NCBI GenBank assembly: GCA_009103225.1
Contig: RHPI01003366.1
Location: forward strand, 63,794 to 127,793
Direction: 5' to 3'
DNA: 64,000 nucleotides
From: Chlorokybus atmophyticus
Taxonomy: Eukaryota > Plantae > Mesostigma and Chlorokybus algae
The notes under the pieces were generated by a model that saw only the letters and a list, made by a program, of their open reading frames with translations, had not been told where the DNA came from and did not search any database. The position numbers and the translations under genes are program-made. This document shows, piece by piece, positions 25,356 to 36,353 of the stretch. How positions within the stretch are numbered: position 1 is the first letter of the stretch; the number at the start of each line of letters is the position of its first letter.

Positions 25356-27629
25356 ATGGCGGCGGCGGTGGCAGCAGTAACGGCGATGCCCTCCCCAGTA
25401 GCGGCTGCTGCTGCTGGGCCGCAGCGGCTACTCAGCTCAAGAGCGGTGAAGCTTCCACGTTCATCTCCACGTCGCCAGCAGCAGGCGCGTCAGCAGCGGC
25501 AGCGTCGCCCCACCGCCGCTGCTCTCAGCACGCAGCGGCAAGAGCAGGAGGAGGCGCCAGTGCCGTCGTCGTCATCCTCGCTCAGCGTCATCAAGGAGGA
25601 GCAGGAAGAGGATGTGCAACTGGATGTGCTGACGGCCAGGGAGAGGCTGCTGGAGCTGGTGGGACGGCTGGAGCAGGGCAGTCGCGGGGCCGGGGCGGCC
25701 AAGGAGGACGTGCAGGAGGTCAACAGCCTGGTCGCTGTGCTGGAGGAGGACGGAGGCATGGCGGATCCGGTGAGTGGACCGAGGGGAGGGCTGTGTGTTG
25801 GAGGGATGGGCATGCATGAGCGCATGCAGCATGCACGCACACAAGCATGTACGTACATTTGTGTTTGATTCGTGCGCGACAGGACAGGCTTGTGCACATT
25901 GTGGTGAGCTCTCGCTGTGTGAGTGCAGGCCAGACATCATCTCTACCAGTAGTATAATCAGTGCAGGCGCATGGCGCGCGACGCATGCCACAGATTACTG
26001 CACATGCCGAGTTCAGGCATTGTTACCTGTGTACCATTGCATGAGTGCGAGCTCTCATCATCACAAAGCGATCACCCTAATGTACTCTCTCGTTCATGTG
26101 CACGCCGCCACCCCCTGACACAATCACCAACACCACAGGCCCTGTCCCGCGCGATCGAGGGTCGGTGGCGCCTTGCTTTCTTGACTCGTCCGGGTTCCGC
26201 CTCTCCTATCCAGCGCACATTCACCTCCGTTGGCGCCTTCCGCGTGTACCAGGAGATCTCTTTGATCACAGACGACCACACCAACAACCCCGACCCCCGC
26301 GTGAGCAACGTGGTGGTGTTCGGTGACCGCATCGGCGAGCTTCGCGTGCAGGCGGCCGCGTCGGTAGCACCGGATTCGGGCAGTCGCATCGACTTCCGGT
26401 TTGATCGGGCGGCGTTCGAGTTCAAGTTTCTGCCGTTCAAGGTGCCGTACCCGGTGCCGTTCAAGTTGCTAGGAAAAGAGGCGGAGGGGTGGCTAGATAC
26501 GACGTACCTATCGCCCGCGCTGCGACTTTCACGTGGAAACAAGGTTGGTCCACCCTTCTCTTCGCACGTGCATGTGTGCGTGCTTGTGCCTTCATGTGTG
26601 TATCTATGTCTGTACCTGTGTTCTTGAGTGTGCGGCGGAGTCTCACATACCATATCAACTGCATACAAAGGTGCTGGCTCTCACGTTTCGTGTACTTCTT
26701 CTCCAGGGGTCGTTGTTTGTTCTTGTGAAGGATGATTCACCAAAGGAGCGCTTGCTGAAGGCCATCGAGACCAGCAGCGGCGTGCAGGAAGTACGTGGGT
26801 CTGATGATGTACATGAGCTGGACGTGCCCACTCCATGCCCTTGTGGTTACATCTCTGTGCCATAGTGGTGAGTCACTGGTGACATGTTGTGTGCGGTGTC
26901 ACGAGCAGGCGATAGATGAGCTGGTGCCTCTGAACCCGAGCAAGGCCCCGGCACGCGACAGACGGTTGAAAGGGCGATGGCAGCAGCTGTGGACCAGCCA
27001 GGTTTGGCTGCCATGTGCTGCATTGATGAATAGACTAAGGTGCATGGACCAGGTCGCAGCAGCTGCTGTCCATTGCCATTAGGCATCCAACTCATCCTGC
27101 TTGTTTGCAGGGAAAGAACGCCAACAGGCTGCAGAAGCTTGTGTCAAATGCTTCCAAAAACTATCAGGTAATTGACGATGAGGCCGGTGACGGCAGGTTA
27201 CTCAACATTGCTGAGGTCGCTGGCGGGATCGCCGTCGTTGCCGAGGCTTCATACAGGTACACGGTACATATGCATACACTTGCAGTATAGTTATAGTGAA
27301 GTACATGCCCACGTCGGAGTGGTGTGAGGTGTCAACTCATTTTCTGCTTTGCAGTGTGTCGAGTTCCAACCGCGTGGATGTTGAGATTGATACGGTGCGC
27401 ATCAAGCTGGGACCCCTGAATGTGCCTCTTGGACTGAAAGGGGAGGGCTACGTTGACCAGCTGTAAGTGGCATTTTGTAAGCAAGCAAGACATGCGCTGC
27501 ATGCATCACACTGCCTCTTGTCACCTCTTCAGCACGCTCAGCTGTCATGCTGGCAGGTACTTGGACGAGACTTTGAGAGTGAGCCAGGGCAACAAAGGCA
27601 GTGTGTTCATACATAAAAAGGTGTGCTGA
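25356..27629 (+). CDS. FBN10: Plastid lipid-associated protein with two PAP/fibrillin domains (FBN10-like)
   Basis: Transit peptide, then IEGRWRLAFLTRPGSASPIQRTF..DPRVSNVVVFGDRIGELRV..FRFDRAAFEFKFLPFKVPYPVPFKLLGKEAEGWLDTTYLS..SRGNKG. Second domain GRWQQLWTSQ..YLDETLRVSQGNKGSVFIH, stop 27627-27629. About 7 exons. Confidence 0.9.
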
Positions 27630-28781
27630 GGGAGCCATTGTAGAGCCTGAATAGTGCCATTCGGGTTAGCTTAGGGGTAGAGAGTTGTTTTGAGTATTTT
27701 TTGTGTGTATGGTGTTGTATATGCGGTTGTTGCAGTTGGTGTGTGGTGGTAGAGTTTAATAAGCAAGTTGGTGTGTCGTGAAACTTTTTGTTACACCTTT
27801 TATCTGTGGGCCTTCAGCATGTGAGCTGCAGTGAATGTGCTTATGTTACTCGCGTTGCGTTCCATGGGGTTCACTACTGGTTTGTGCTCTGCATGCTTTA
27901 GTGCAACTCAACCTGAACAGGACTCTTTCTTTGACTGGGTCTACAGCATTGTTTCCTGGCGCATGACTACGGCACTTTGAGTTGCTGCACTCATGTCATG
28001 TGTGCATCAAGAACATGGTGCAGGTAGGTCGCACATGCATGCCACAACCCCCTTGTTGCATTCATCGCACACAAGCACATGCAACAAGGTCTAGCCTGGC
28101 AGTGACAACCAAGGTCTGTAAGACAAGATCACAGTTCCTTTCTGTCCTGCTCCCCCATCATACTGCTCGCGACATTACTGGATCTGCTTTTCGCGCTGTC
28201 GTGTAAGAAACAACCAACTCCTGCACCAAGCACATCAGTCCAGACTCGTCCATTTCGTTCCCCACACGCCAAGCTGCAATCGCCGCCTGCCTCTCTCTGC
28301 TGCCGCACACGCGACACCACTGTCTGGACTGGCACACCACAGAAACAACAGCACTAAGACCACTTACACACAAGTCATTTTGTCACGGTGGTGCGAGCGT
28401 CGCTTCGATTGATTGCTGCGCACGCGCACGCGCCGACAACCGTCGGATGATTTCATCTCACGGCGGTGCTCGCACGACAACGCGTCGACGTGGCCGCACG
28501 GCTGCATGGCCAGCCGGTCAGGGCGATATTTGCTCTGGCGGGCGGCGATGTTACCTTAGAGACGGCGGCGACGGCGGCGGCGACGGGGTAGTGGGCGAAG
28601 ACTTGGAGGTGGCGGCGTGCGGCGAGAGAAACAAAGGGCGTTGGGTTGGGGTTACTGGAATAAGGGGTTGCTTAGATCAATACCTACAGTGGGGCTATGA
28701 GGCGTTGTTAGGTCAGTCCGCCGAGACTTGGAGGAGGATGTGCACTGGGCTGTGATTAGGTCTGTGTGTTGGCGGGGATAC

Positions 28782-29773
28782 ATGGGCCCAAGCGCGACGC
28801 AGCAGCAGCAGCAGCAGGTTCAGACCAAGGCAACTTCTACTTCCCGCCCCTCAGACAACCTGCTGCACAGACTCGTGCAACGAGAAACGTGTGCAGCCCG
28901 CCCAAGCGCCTCTGTACGTACCATCTCATTTCTACTGATGTACAAATAACATTGCAGTTATGCATTGTCGTGCATGCACGCAGCGAGTGTATTTGTTATG
29001 TAACACTTGGTTGACTGGTCAAATGCGTTTCTTGTTGCTGGTAGATAAACCGCGCGCGGACGCTGTACGAAAACATTGTTCCTTCTCATAGCGTCTTCAA
29101 CGTGGACTGCCCAGACGTCAGCTACCGCAAATTCACGCCAGACGGGAGATATCTCATCGCATTCAGCAGAAGCCAACAGGTATGCTGATGTTTTTCCACT
29201 CAGTATTAGTTCTGAGTTGATGGCATTGCAGTCACGTTGCACTCACTCGTTGGGACTTTTTAAATTTGTTGATAGTAAGGTTTGTGCGTTGCCTGTTTTC
29301 TTCCATTGGGCACACTGGTGTTGTAGTACACTCTTGTATATTCACAAAGATTGCAGATTATGCATTACCAACAGTTGGAAGTCCGTGCTCTTGGCCCTGC
29401 TGCGGGTGTGTGTGCGTCCCCTTGTTATCACTGTGTAATCTGGACGCTTCACAGCGTTCCCCAAATCCTAAATACTGTTGGTAGAGGGGTCCTTGCCTGC
29501 TGATTATGGACACTTGTTTGATGGGCCCACATATTGCAGGAGTTGGTGGTTTTCCGGTACGACGGTTTGCGGTTTTGCTGGCGCGGTGAAGACAACGATG
29601 AGGACGAGCAGATGCGCTACGCGGACCACGCGAAGAAGTTTGAGAACCACTTCACGCACCTGTATTCCAAAGCCCTCACGGGCGGTGCCGAGCTGCTGTG
29701 CAAGGAGTTTCTCCTCATAACATGCAATGGGGAGTTTGCTATCGTGGCATCATCCACCCCACCCGACAGCAGC

Positions 29774-29810
<37 letters not shown>

Positions 29811-32117
29811 GCGATGCCAATGCGATGCCGAAGGTGCCGTCAATGGAGTGCATCACGTTTCATCTGGTGAGGCTGGCCGACGGGCGCATGCTGGACCGAA
29901 GGCAATTCAAGGACGACTTCATACAGCTACCCAACAACGCGGGAGTGTTCTTGTATGAAGACCTGCTCGCCGTGCTCTCCATACGCTACCAGAGCATATA
30001 TATCCTTCAGGTGCGTACACGTACACAACACACTTAGCCACAGGAGGTGCACAGTTTTGGCAGCATCGTCACCGTTCCCCTTTTACTGAGGCGACTTGGA
30101 CAAGGTTGTTATCGTGCCTAGTAATTTATGTCTCTGCCCAGATTGCATGTTTGTTGAAAGCCCACTGTGGCTGTGCTTGACATTGTCACAATACTTGTCC
30201 CGCATGCAGGTGCGACCTTCAGGGCAGTTGATTGACATCCACACAATCGGCCCGCACTGTCGAGCGGACGACAACCTCGTCATCAGTCTTCAGCTGGAGG
30301 TGCGTGTCCGCAAGTATGTGTGTGATGCTCCTCACGTGCAGCAACTGACACTCTCACCTGTGGCTCAGGCTGAGGCCAGGCACAATAAGGCCACAACAGA
30401 TACCAAACACTGCACCTTCCAGCGTCTCGCGCCGGCGGGACCAGAGTTGCAGGTTGTCCCGTCCATCGCCAGCGCCGGCACGCAGCCCACCGGGACGGGC
30501 CGGGGCGCTGCCGGGGCTGGCAGAGGGCATGCGGACGGTCTCGATGATCAACACACGCACACAACGACTACTACGGGTCATGCGGGAGGTTTCGCACCTG
30601 GCTTTGGTGCGCACTTTGCGGGGAGGGGAACGGCGGCGGCGGCGGCACCTGCGGGTGGGTGGGCTTGCCGGCAGTTGCTGCAGTTGACCGTTTTGTCGTT
30701 GTGCTATTGTAGCTGAGTTGGTACAGCAGGGGTTGGGCGAGGGCACTATATGGCAGCATTGATGGCGCATGCCGCTTCGCCACCGGCGCAACCGCAGGTG
30801 CGTGGGCGGTTACTTAATCACTGGCTGGAAAGAGAGCGCGTGTGCGTGCGCAAGTGTGGCCTCAGCTGTGTGTTTGTCACCTCATTTTCTGGTGTCATGT
30901 GTTCCAGGCTCCTGATGGGCCTGCAGCTGAGAACGTTGGCAATCATAATAACAATGCCAACAACCAGCACGCCGCGGCAAATGAAGGTGAAAACGCAACA
31001 ACGGCAGCTGTGGGTACCGGCAACCAGCCGCTGCCATCAACAACGGCAACCGATGGCCCTTCAGGCAGCAGCAGCGCGCGTGCTTCCCTGTCTCAGCTGA
31101 CGGGTCTGAAGCAACGTCTCCTCGCGTTCGTGCACCGTTCCGCTCTGGCGAGCGGCGGCGGCGACGCGGTGGCTCGCTTCCACTACCACCTGAAGCACTA
31201 CGAGGAGCTCGCCATGTGGCGCGTGCAGTTCCTCGACCGACACCACCTTCTAGTGAAGTACGGCAGCGTGGAGGGCGTGTTGCAGCGCGCGCACGACCAC
31301 GCCGCCGCTGCGGTACAGAACGCCTTCTTCATGGTGTACAACCTCGACACCACGGAGGTGCTGGGCTTTTATCAAAATGCGTCGGACCAGCTGCTGTCGC
31401 TATATGAGAGATTTGGAGACCAGTTTCGGGCGTGTAATCGCGAGCCGCTCACGTTGAGCTACGCATCGTCGCCGAGCAACAACGACTTCGCGCGAGAGCA
31501 GCTGCTCAAACAGAAGGCAGCAGTCTCGCATGGATCGAAGACGAACCGCGCACAGGTTGTGAAGCGGCTGTTGCAGTCGCTGCCGTTCAACGCGCAAGGC
31601 TTCAGCCCCTCGGCGTATTTCGACCAGTCCCTCTTTCAGTTTGATGAAAAGGTACACGGCATCGGAGGATGGTTGTTGTGCTTGCTCACTTAGCTGCGGA
31701 AAACAATAACAACATCTCATGTTTGCTTGTGCGCATCAACAGTTGATATCGGCATCGGAACAGCCCAAGCCCTTTGTTGAGCACCCCGTGAAGTTTCTCT
31801 CGCGTCGAAAGCCCAACACTCTCAAGTTCAAAATAAATCCCGGTAAGGAGCGCGTTTGCTCCACGCGCATGCCACCTGCAATGTGATGCCTGCATTTGCG
31901 TGTGTGATGCCATCCTCTATGCAAGAACACTCGTATCTCGGGTTTAAGTGCAAGGAGATGAACTTGCATCACCGTTGTAGGTTTGGATTCTGGAGCAGCG
32001 GATGCGCGCAATAAGCGGCTCGCGTGCTACATCTTCCATCCCATCTTCCCGTTTGCCATATCGCTGCAGCAGGCTTACATGCAGCCGTCACCTATGAACT
32101 TCCATCTTCGCCAATGA
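28782..32117 (+). CDS. DET1: DE-ETIOLATED 1 (CRL4 adaptor)
   Basis: NLLHRLVQRE, RARTLYENIVPSHSVFNVDCPD..RKFTPDGRYLIAFS, HLVRLADGRMLDRRQFKDDFIQL..GVFLYEDLLAVLSIRYQ, WRVQFLDRHHLLVKYG, SPSAYFDQSLFQFDEK, IFHPIFPFAISLQQ; stop 32115-32117. Start codon approximate. Confidence 0.95.
29774..29809 (+). repeat. (AAC)12 coding microsatellite giving poly-Asn in DET1
   Basis: Read directly; in frame within a DET1 exon. Confidence 0.9.
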
Positions 32118-33045
32118 CTGATGCTGCCGCTGGCTTTGCCAACTGCAGAGTATGTCCTAGTTAGCTTCACTACATAGAAGCTGCCAATATATGAGTGGTT
32201 GATGGGGATGGTGCTGGAGGACATCCTACGATCGGCAAGTGTGTCTGTGCATATTGCACAGGGTAGGGCTAGCTAGGTAGGTAGTTGATAGACTGCTGGT
32301 TGCAAGGCTATCAACCGAATATTTTCCATTCAACGAGTTGGCGAGTAAGGGAAACTGGTATTGCATACGCCGGCAGGGACTGATGTTGTGGTAAACTTCC
32401 GTTGACAGTGCGGCTGTTTGTGGCAGCCAACAGTACACAATCCCAAACCCGCTTTTCATGTGGCGCGCGCATCTGTGACTGGTTATTTCATTGCGGTCGC
32501 TTGGTCGTTCCCTGCTCAGATCATCACACATGCATACTGCCCATGTTTAGACAATGCACAACTGTCTGCGAGATTGCGTCCAAACAGAGTTGCACATGGC
32601 GTGCAAGTGTAATGCATCAACAATCACGCATGGTAACTGACTGAAGCAAAATCAGCTGGCGCATCTCTCGGACGTGGCTCAACGAACTTACAATAGACCG
32701 CGCGGTGATCAACAAGTCACAGCTGCTGGTGCTATGCTTACATGAAGCTCATTCCATGCTAGAAGCTCACTTCAAGCCAAGTCGCGTTGATGCGCCTGTT
32801 GTGCAACTGCCTGCCAATGACCGATCACGAACCACGCATTTCTAGACAGTTGTCAGGAGGGCAGCTGTCGTCGTTCTGCATCTACAACATGCCATCAGCC
32901 ACGGCAACACGCATGCTTGATGGCGCTTTGATGTGGCTGTCAGGCTTGCTATTCGGCATGTGGTACTTGCTGCACATGCTGTGCTCAACCACAGTACGCC
33001 ATGTCGGGTGTGTGTACAGAACTGCATGGCACCATACTAGTAAAG

Positions 33046-34528
33046 CTATGAGACTCCTCCTCCTCCTCCTGCTGCTGCTGCTGTTTTCTTTCCTCCTCCT
33101 TCCAGCGCCTCCAGCTTGGCCATCAGGTCCCTCTGCTGCGCCTCAAACTCGCGCCGCATCTCCTCCTGCAGCTGCTCCAGGCGCGACACCACGGCCGACT
33201 CGACCTTCTGAGTGATCTCGTCAGGGATAGCCGCTGCAAGCACGCACAGTGCACACATTCAAGCAGTCGACATGCAGAGAGTCGTGTGCGAATGTGCTAT
33301 GTGTGCAGCACCAACAGCCACAGCTCCCTCACCCTCGTATGCCGCGCGTATCTCCGCCTCCTTGGCCTCCTCCTCTGCCTTGAGCCTCCTCTCCTCCTCC
33401 TCACGCGCACGCTCCTGCACACACACAATCAGAACACACGCACGTCGCGCCCTGAGACCCAACAACGCAATATTGCCCACCGCTTCGACGTGCGATCTCT
33501 CCACTCTCCTCCTCTCCCACTCCTCCTCGTCCACGGCCATCGCCAGCGCGGGCGGCACGGGCGGCGGGGACGGGACGTCCGCCCGCGTGGACAAGGAGAG
33601 AGACATGTTGGAAGCGAAGGCGTGCTGGTACAGACGGTAGTGCCGATAGTAACTGCAGATGGAGGAGGAGGAGAGGTTCATGCGTGTTTGTTGTGATGTT
33701 GGTGTGATGCCATGTCGAGTGTGCCTACGTGTTGAGCGTGTAGTCGGTGATCTTCTCCACGTCTGGGAGAGAGAATATCCCTGTGGAAAAGGGTGGCCGC
33801 TGCACGCTGTGGGTTAACAACAGCGCCTTGAAAAGTGCAAAGCTAGCCGTAGCCGTCAACCTCCCACCTGATACAAACAATCATGTCTTGAGATGGACAG
33901 CAGTCATACCAGCATGTTGTGTGTAGATGTGTATATGAAACTCACTGATGGCGTCTTCGTGGTTGCGCTTCAGCACGGATACGAGAGCGGACGTTCTTTC
34001 GCGGGAGAACGCGCATGCGTCGCGGGCGAAGCGCAGCGCGTGGAAGATCATATCGATCACGATCGCGCCTCTGTGCGAGAAAACACCATCCTGATCCATG
34101 CGCAGGAACTCCGCCAGCTTGCTGCGTGGGTGGGTTGGGTTGCTGCTTGTGTTCGTGTGTGTTTACGTTGTTGGCATCGTGACTGGCTGCTTACGTGCGT
34201 GTGAGGGTGTCGTCGGTGGATGTGGCAGCGAGGTCGTCTAGTTGCGAGCGAGAGAGGTCAGACCACAGCAACACCTTTGCATGCGGGTGGGGGTGCGCCT
34301 GCGTCAGGTGCATTGTATGCGCGCGGACGTGTATGCGTACGTGCGTGCGTGTGAGTGCGTGCGTGTGCGTGTGCGTGTGCGCGTGTGTGAGTGCAAGCGC
34401 CTATGAGTGTAGAGCGGGGATGCGCATGTACCAGTGGGTACTACATTAACTGTGTAATTGCGTACTTGTGTATCTGTATGTTTGTCCAAGCTTCGGCTGC
34501 CGCCTGCCGGCGGCAAAGCCATCCCCAT
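33046..34528 (-). CDS. CFAP119: Flagellar central-pair C1a subunit C1a-32 / CFAP119 (CCDC189)-like
   Basis: Spliced KVLLWSDLS..IDMIFHALRFARDACAFSRERTSALVSVLKRNH..FKALLLTHSVQRPPFSTGIFSLPDVEKITDYTLNTYYRHYRLYQHAF, matching the remembered SVQRPP..YF/YRHYKLY signature, followed by an E/K-rich coiled coil. Confidence 0.8.
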
Positions 34529-36090
34529 CGGCTTGTCTGCAGGTAGAAAAGATCTGGCCGCTAGCTGGCTCGCACAGCCTGCTAGCTGGCTCATTCCACT
34601 GCCCTGGCCTGAATTAGACGCCCTCGGCAGTTGCCTGCTGCCGCCGCCCCCTAACGCGGTTGCCCTTGCCGCCGCCGCCGCCGCCGCCCACTTCGGCCTG
34701 GCCTGGCCTGGCCTGGCCAGCCAGCAGCGACGAGTGATTCGTTGGACTGGTTGCGCTTTCCTGGGAGTGTAAACCACGTGATGCGTTGTTGTGTAGAGAA
34801 TTATGTAACGCAAGAGAATAATGCGCAAAGGGGAGGTGCCTGACACACTTTCTGTGTGTACGTGAGTTTGTTAGCAAGCAACGCGCATGCTTTGAACACT
34901 AAAAGTTCAAGCATTGTGACACAACATAGCGCTATGACATAATAGTTGATGAACAAACTTTGCTGTAATAGTACTCCACTGCTTTATCGTGCGATGTAAT
35001 TTGTTGCATCCGCTTGTTGTACCGGTTTTCCAACTCAACTTGAGCACGCATGTTAATACATGTATAATACACTACGATTTCTATCGTTTGCATCCCATCC
35101 ATTGGCATTGCAATTTTATCATTATTTCACAATGCGTAATATGACCAGCACACTCAACCATAACTATGCTGCTCTTGCATGGATGTGTGCCGGATACTTA
35201 AATGAGAACTACTCAACATGACTTGCTTTATAACATTGTAACAACAACATTATTATAAGTATGTATGTAATCAATAAACATCATTAAGCATTATAAAGCA
35301 TAATGCTGGATGTGCATCATTCATTTAAGATAATGACCTATGCGCAAACGCGCAAGGTCTGCTAATATGGATTGCATATTGCACTGCTAATAGCAGTCTG
35401 CTTTATTAGACTGCGTGCATTATGTTTCCTTCATGGCAATTAACATTCACACTCATACCAATGCAACTTGGTTTATTTTTATGATTTTGTAACATGTATT
35501 TGATGGATTAATTATGGATTTGTCATACTCAAATGTGCGAACTATAATGTTCCAAACGATATTACGAAACTACATGTGTTGCATGTCTGTAACACATGTA
35601 TTATATACGGGCATGTCTCGTCAACTATCATAAATCGTGTGGTAAGATGTTGTACTTTGATTTACTTATACCTGGTGCACAATGCGTGTGCGTGTGTGTG
35701 ACGCATACAGAGCAAGGTGTCTCACTTTTGAATACTTATTCATGATAGTAAGTCAGGCTGTGAGGATTCCGCTTCTTGTGCATGTGTACTATGTAAACTA
35801 CATTATTTCGTTTCATGACTCGTGAGCAAATTGTGTAGTGCTTGTGCACAGTCTTGCCTTAAGACCATGCGACCTTCAAGGTGGGCATGATAAACTGCAC
35901 AAGGCATAAGTGAGCATCAAGTGCACAAAGCTGCTTAATGGTGATGGTACATAGCTCGGCGATTTCACATTGATGCCTTGATGACAATGTCACTGTGACA
36001 TTCTCACTTGGTGCTGCCATGCAGCAGACCTAAGCTCATCCCTTAGTAGAGGATAACTCGGAGTGCGTCGCAAATTTTACACGGTGACTG

Positions 36091-36353
36091 ACTAGGGACT
36101 GAGGGACTGACGAGTGCCTGACCCTACCTGATTGTATCTAACCCTAACGACTTGGGCCATAAAGGGACTGACTGGACTGCCGGTGTATATTGTGGATACC
36201 AATCTACGGCCAATGGCCTATCGTACAATATAATGGACTGCTGCCTGTCATGACCTGCTTGTAATATGTGTCGACGGCCGACCGATGGTTGTACAGCACC
36301 CGCGGCGGCGATCTACCTGTTATGGCAATAAAGTCACCTCTCAGTCCCCTAGT
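36091..36353. repeat. Small unit with inverted ends (ACTAGGG(G)ACTGAG), possible MITE relic
   Basis: ACTAGGGACTGAG at 36091 vs CTCAGTCCCCTAGT at 36340-36353; GGGACT motifs inside; no clear TSD. Confidence 0.3.

Noticed and set aside
28129-28373. Possible tiny minus-strand spliced gene divergent from DET1
   Set aside because: Splice-like signals exist, but the introns would be under 50 nt and the peptide is short and unrecognisable.
34320-34400. (GT)n/(GCGT)n and ATGC-rich tracts here and in many introns
   Set aside because: Ordinary intronic microsatellite texture throughout the window.
34670-34720. (GCC)n-(GGCCT)n block as a third copy of the island arm
   Set aside because: Only the microsatellite is shared with 40535-40570; the flanks do not align.
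35860-35990. VSIK..DF-like kinase remnant
   Set aside because: Too short, multiple stops, motif spacing wrong for a kinase.
36138-36148. CTAACCCTAAC as interstitial telomere (also 42908)
   Set aside because: Under two units; too short to distinguish from chance or a telo-box-like motif.
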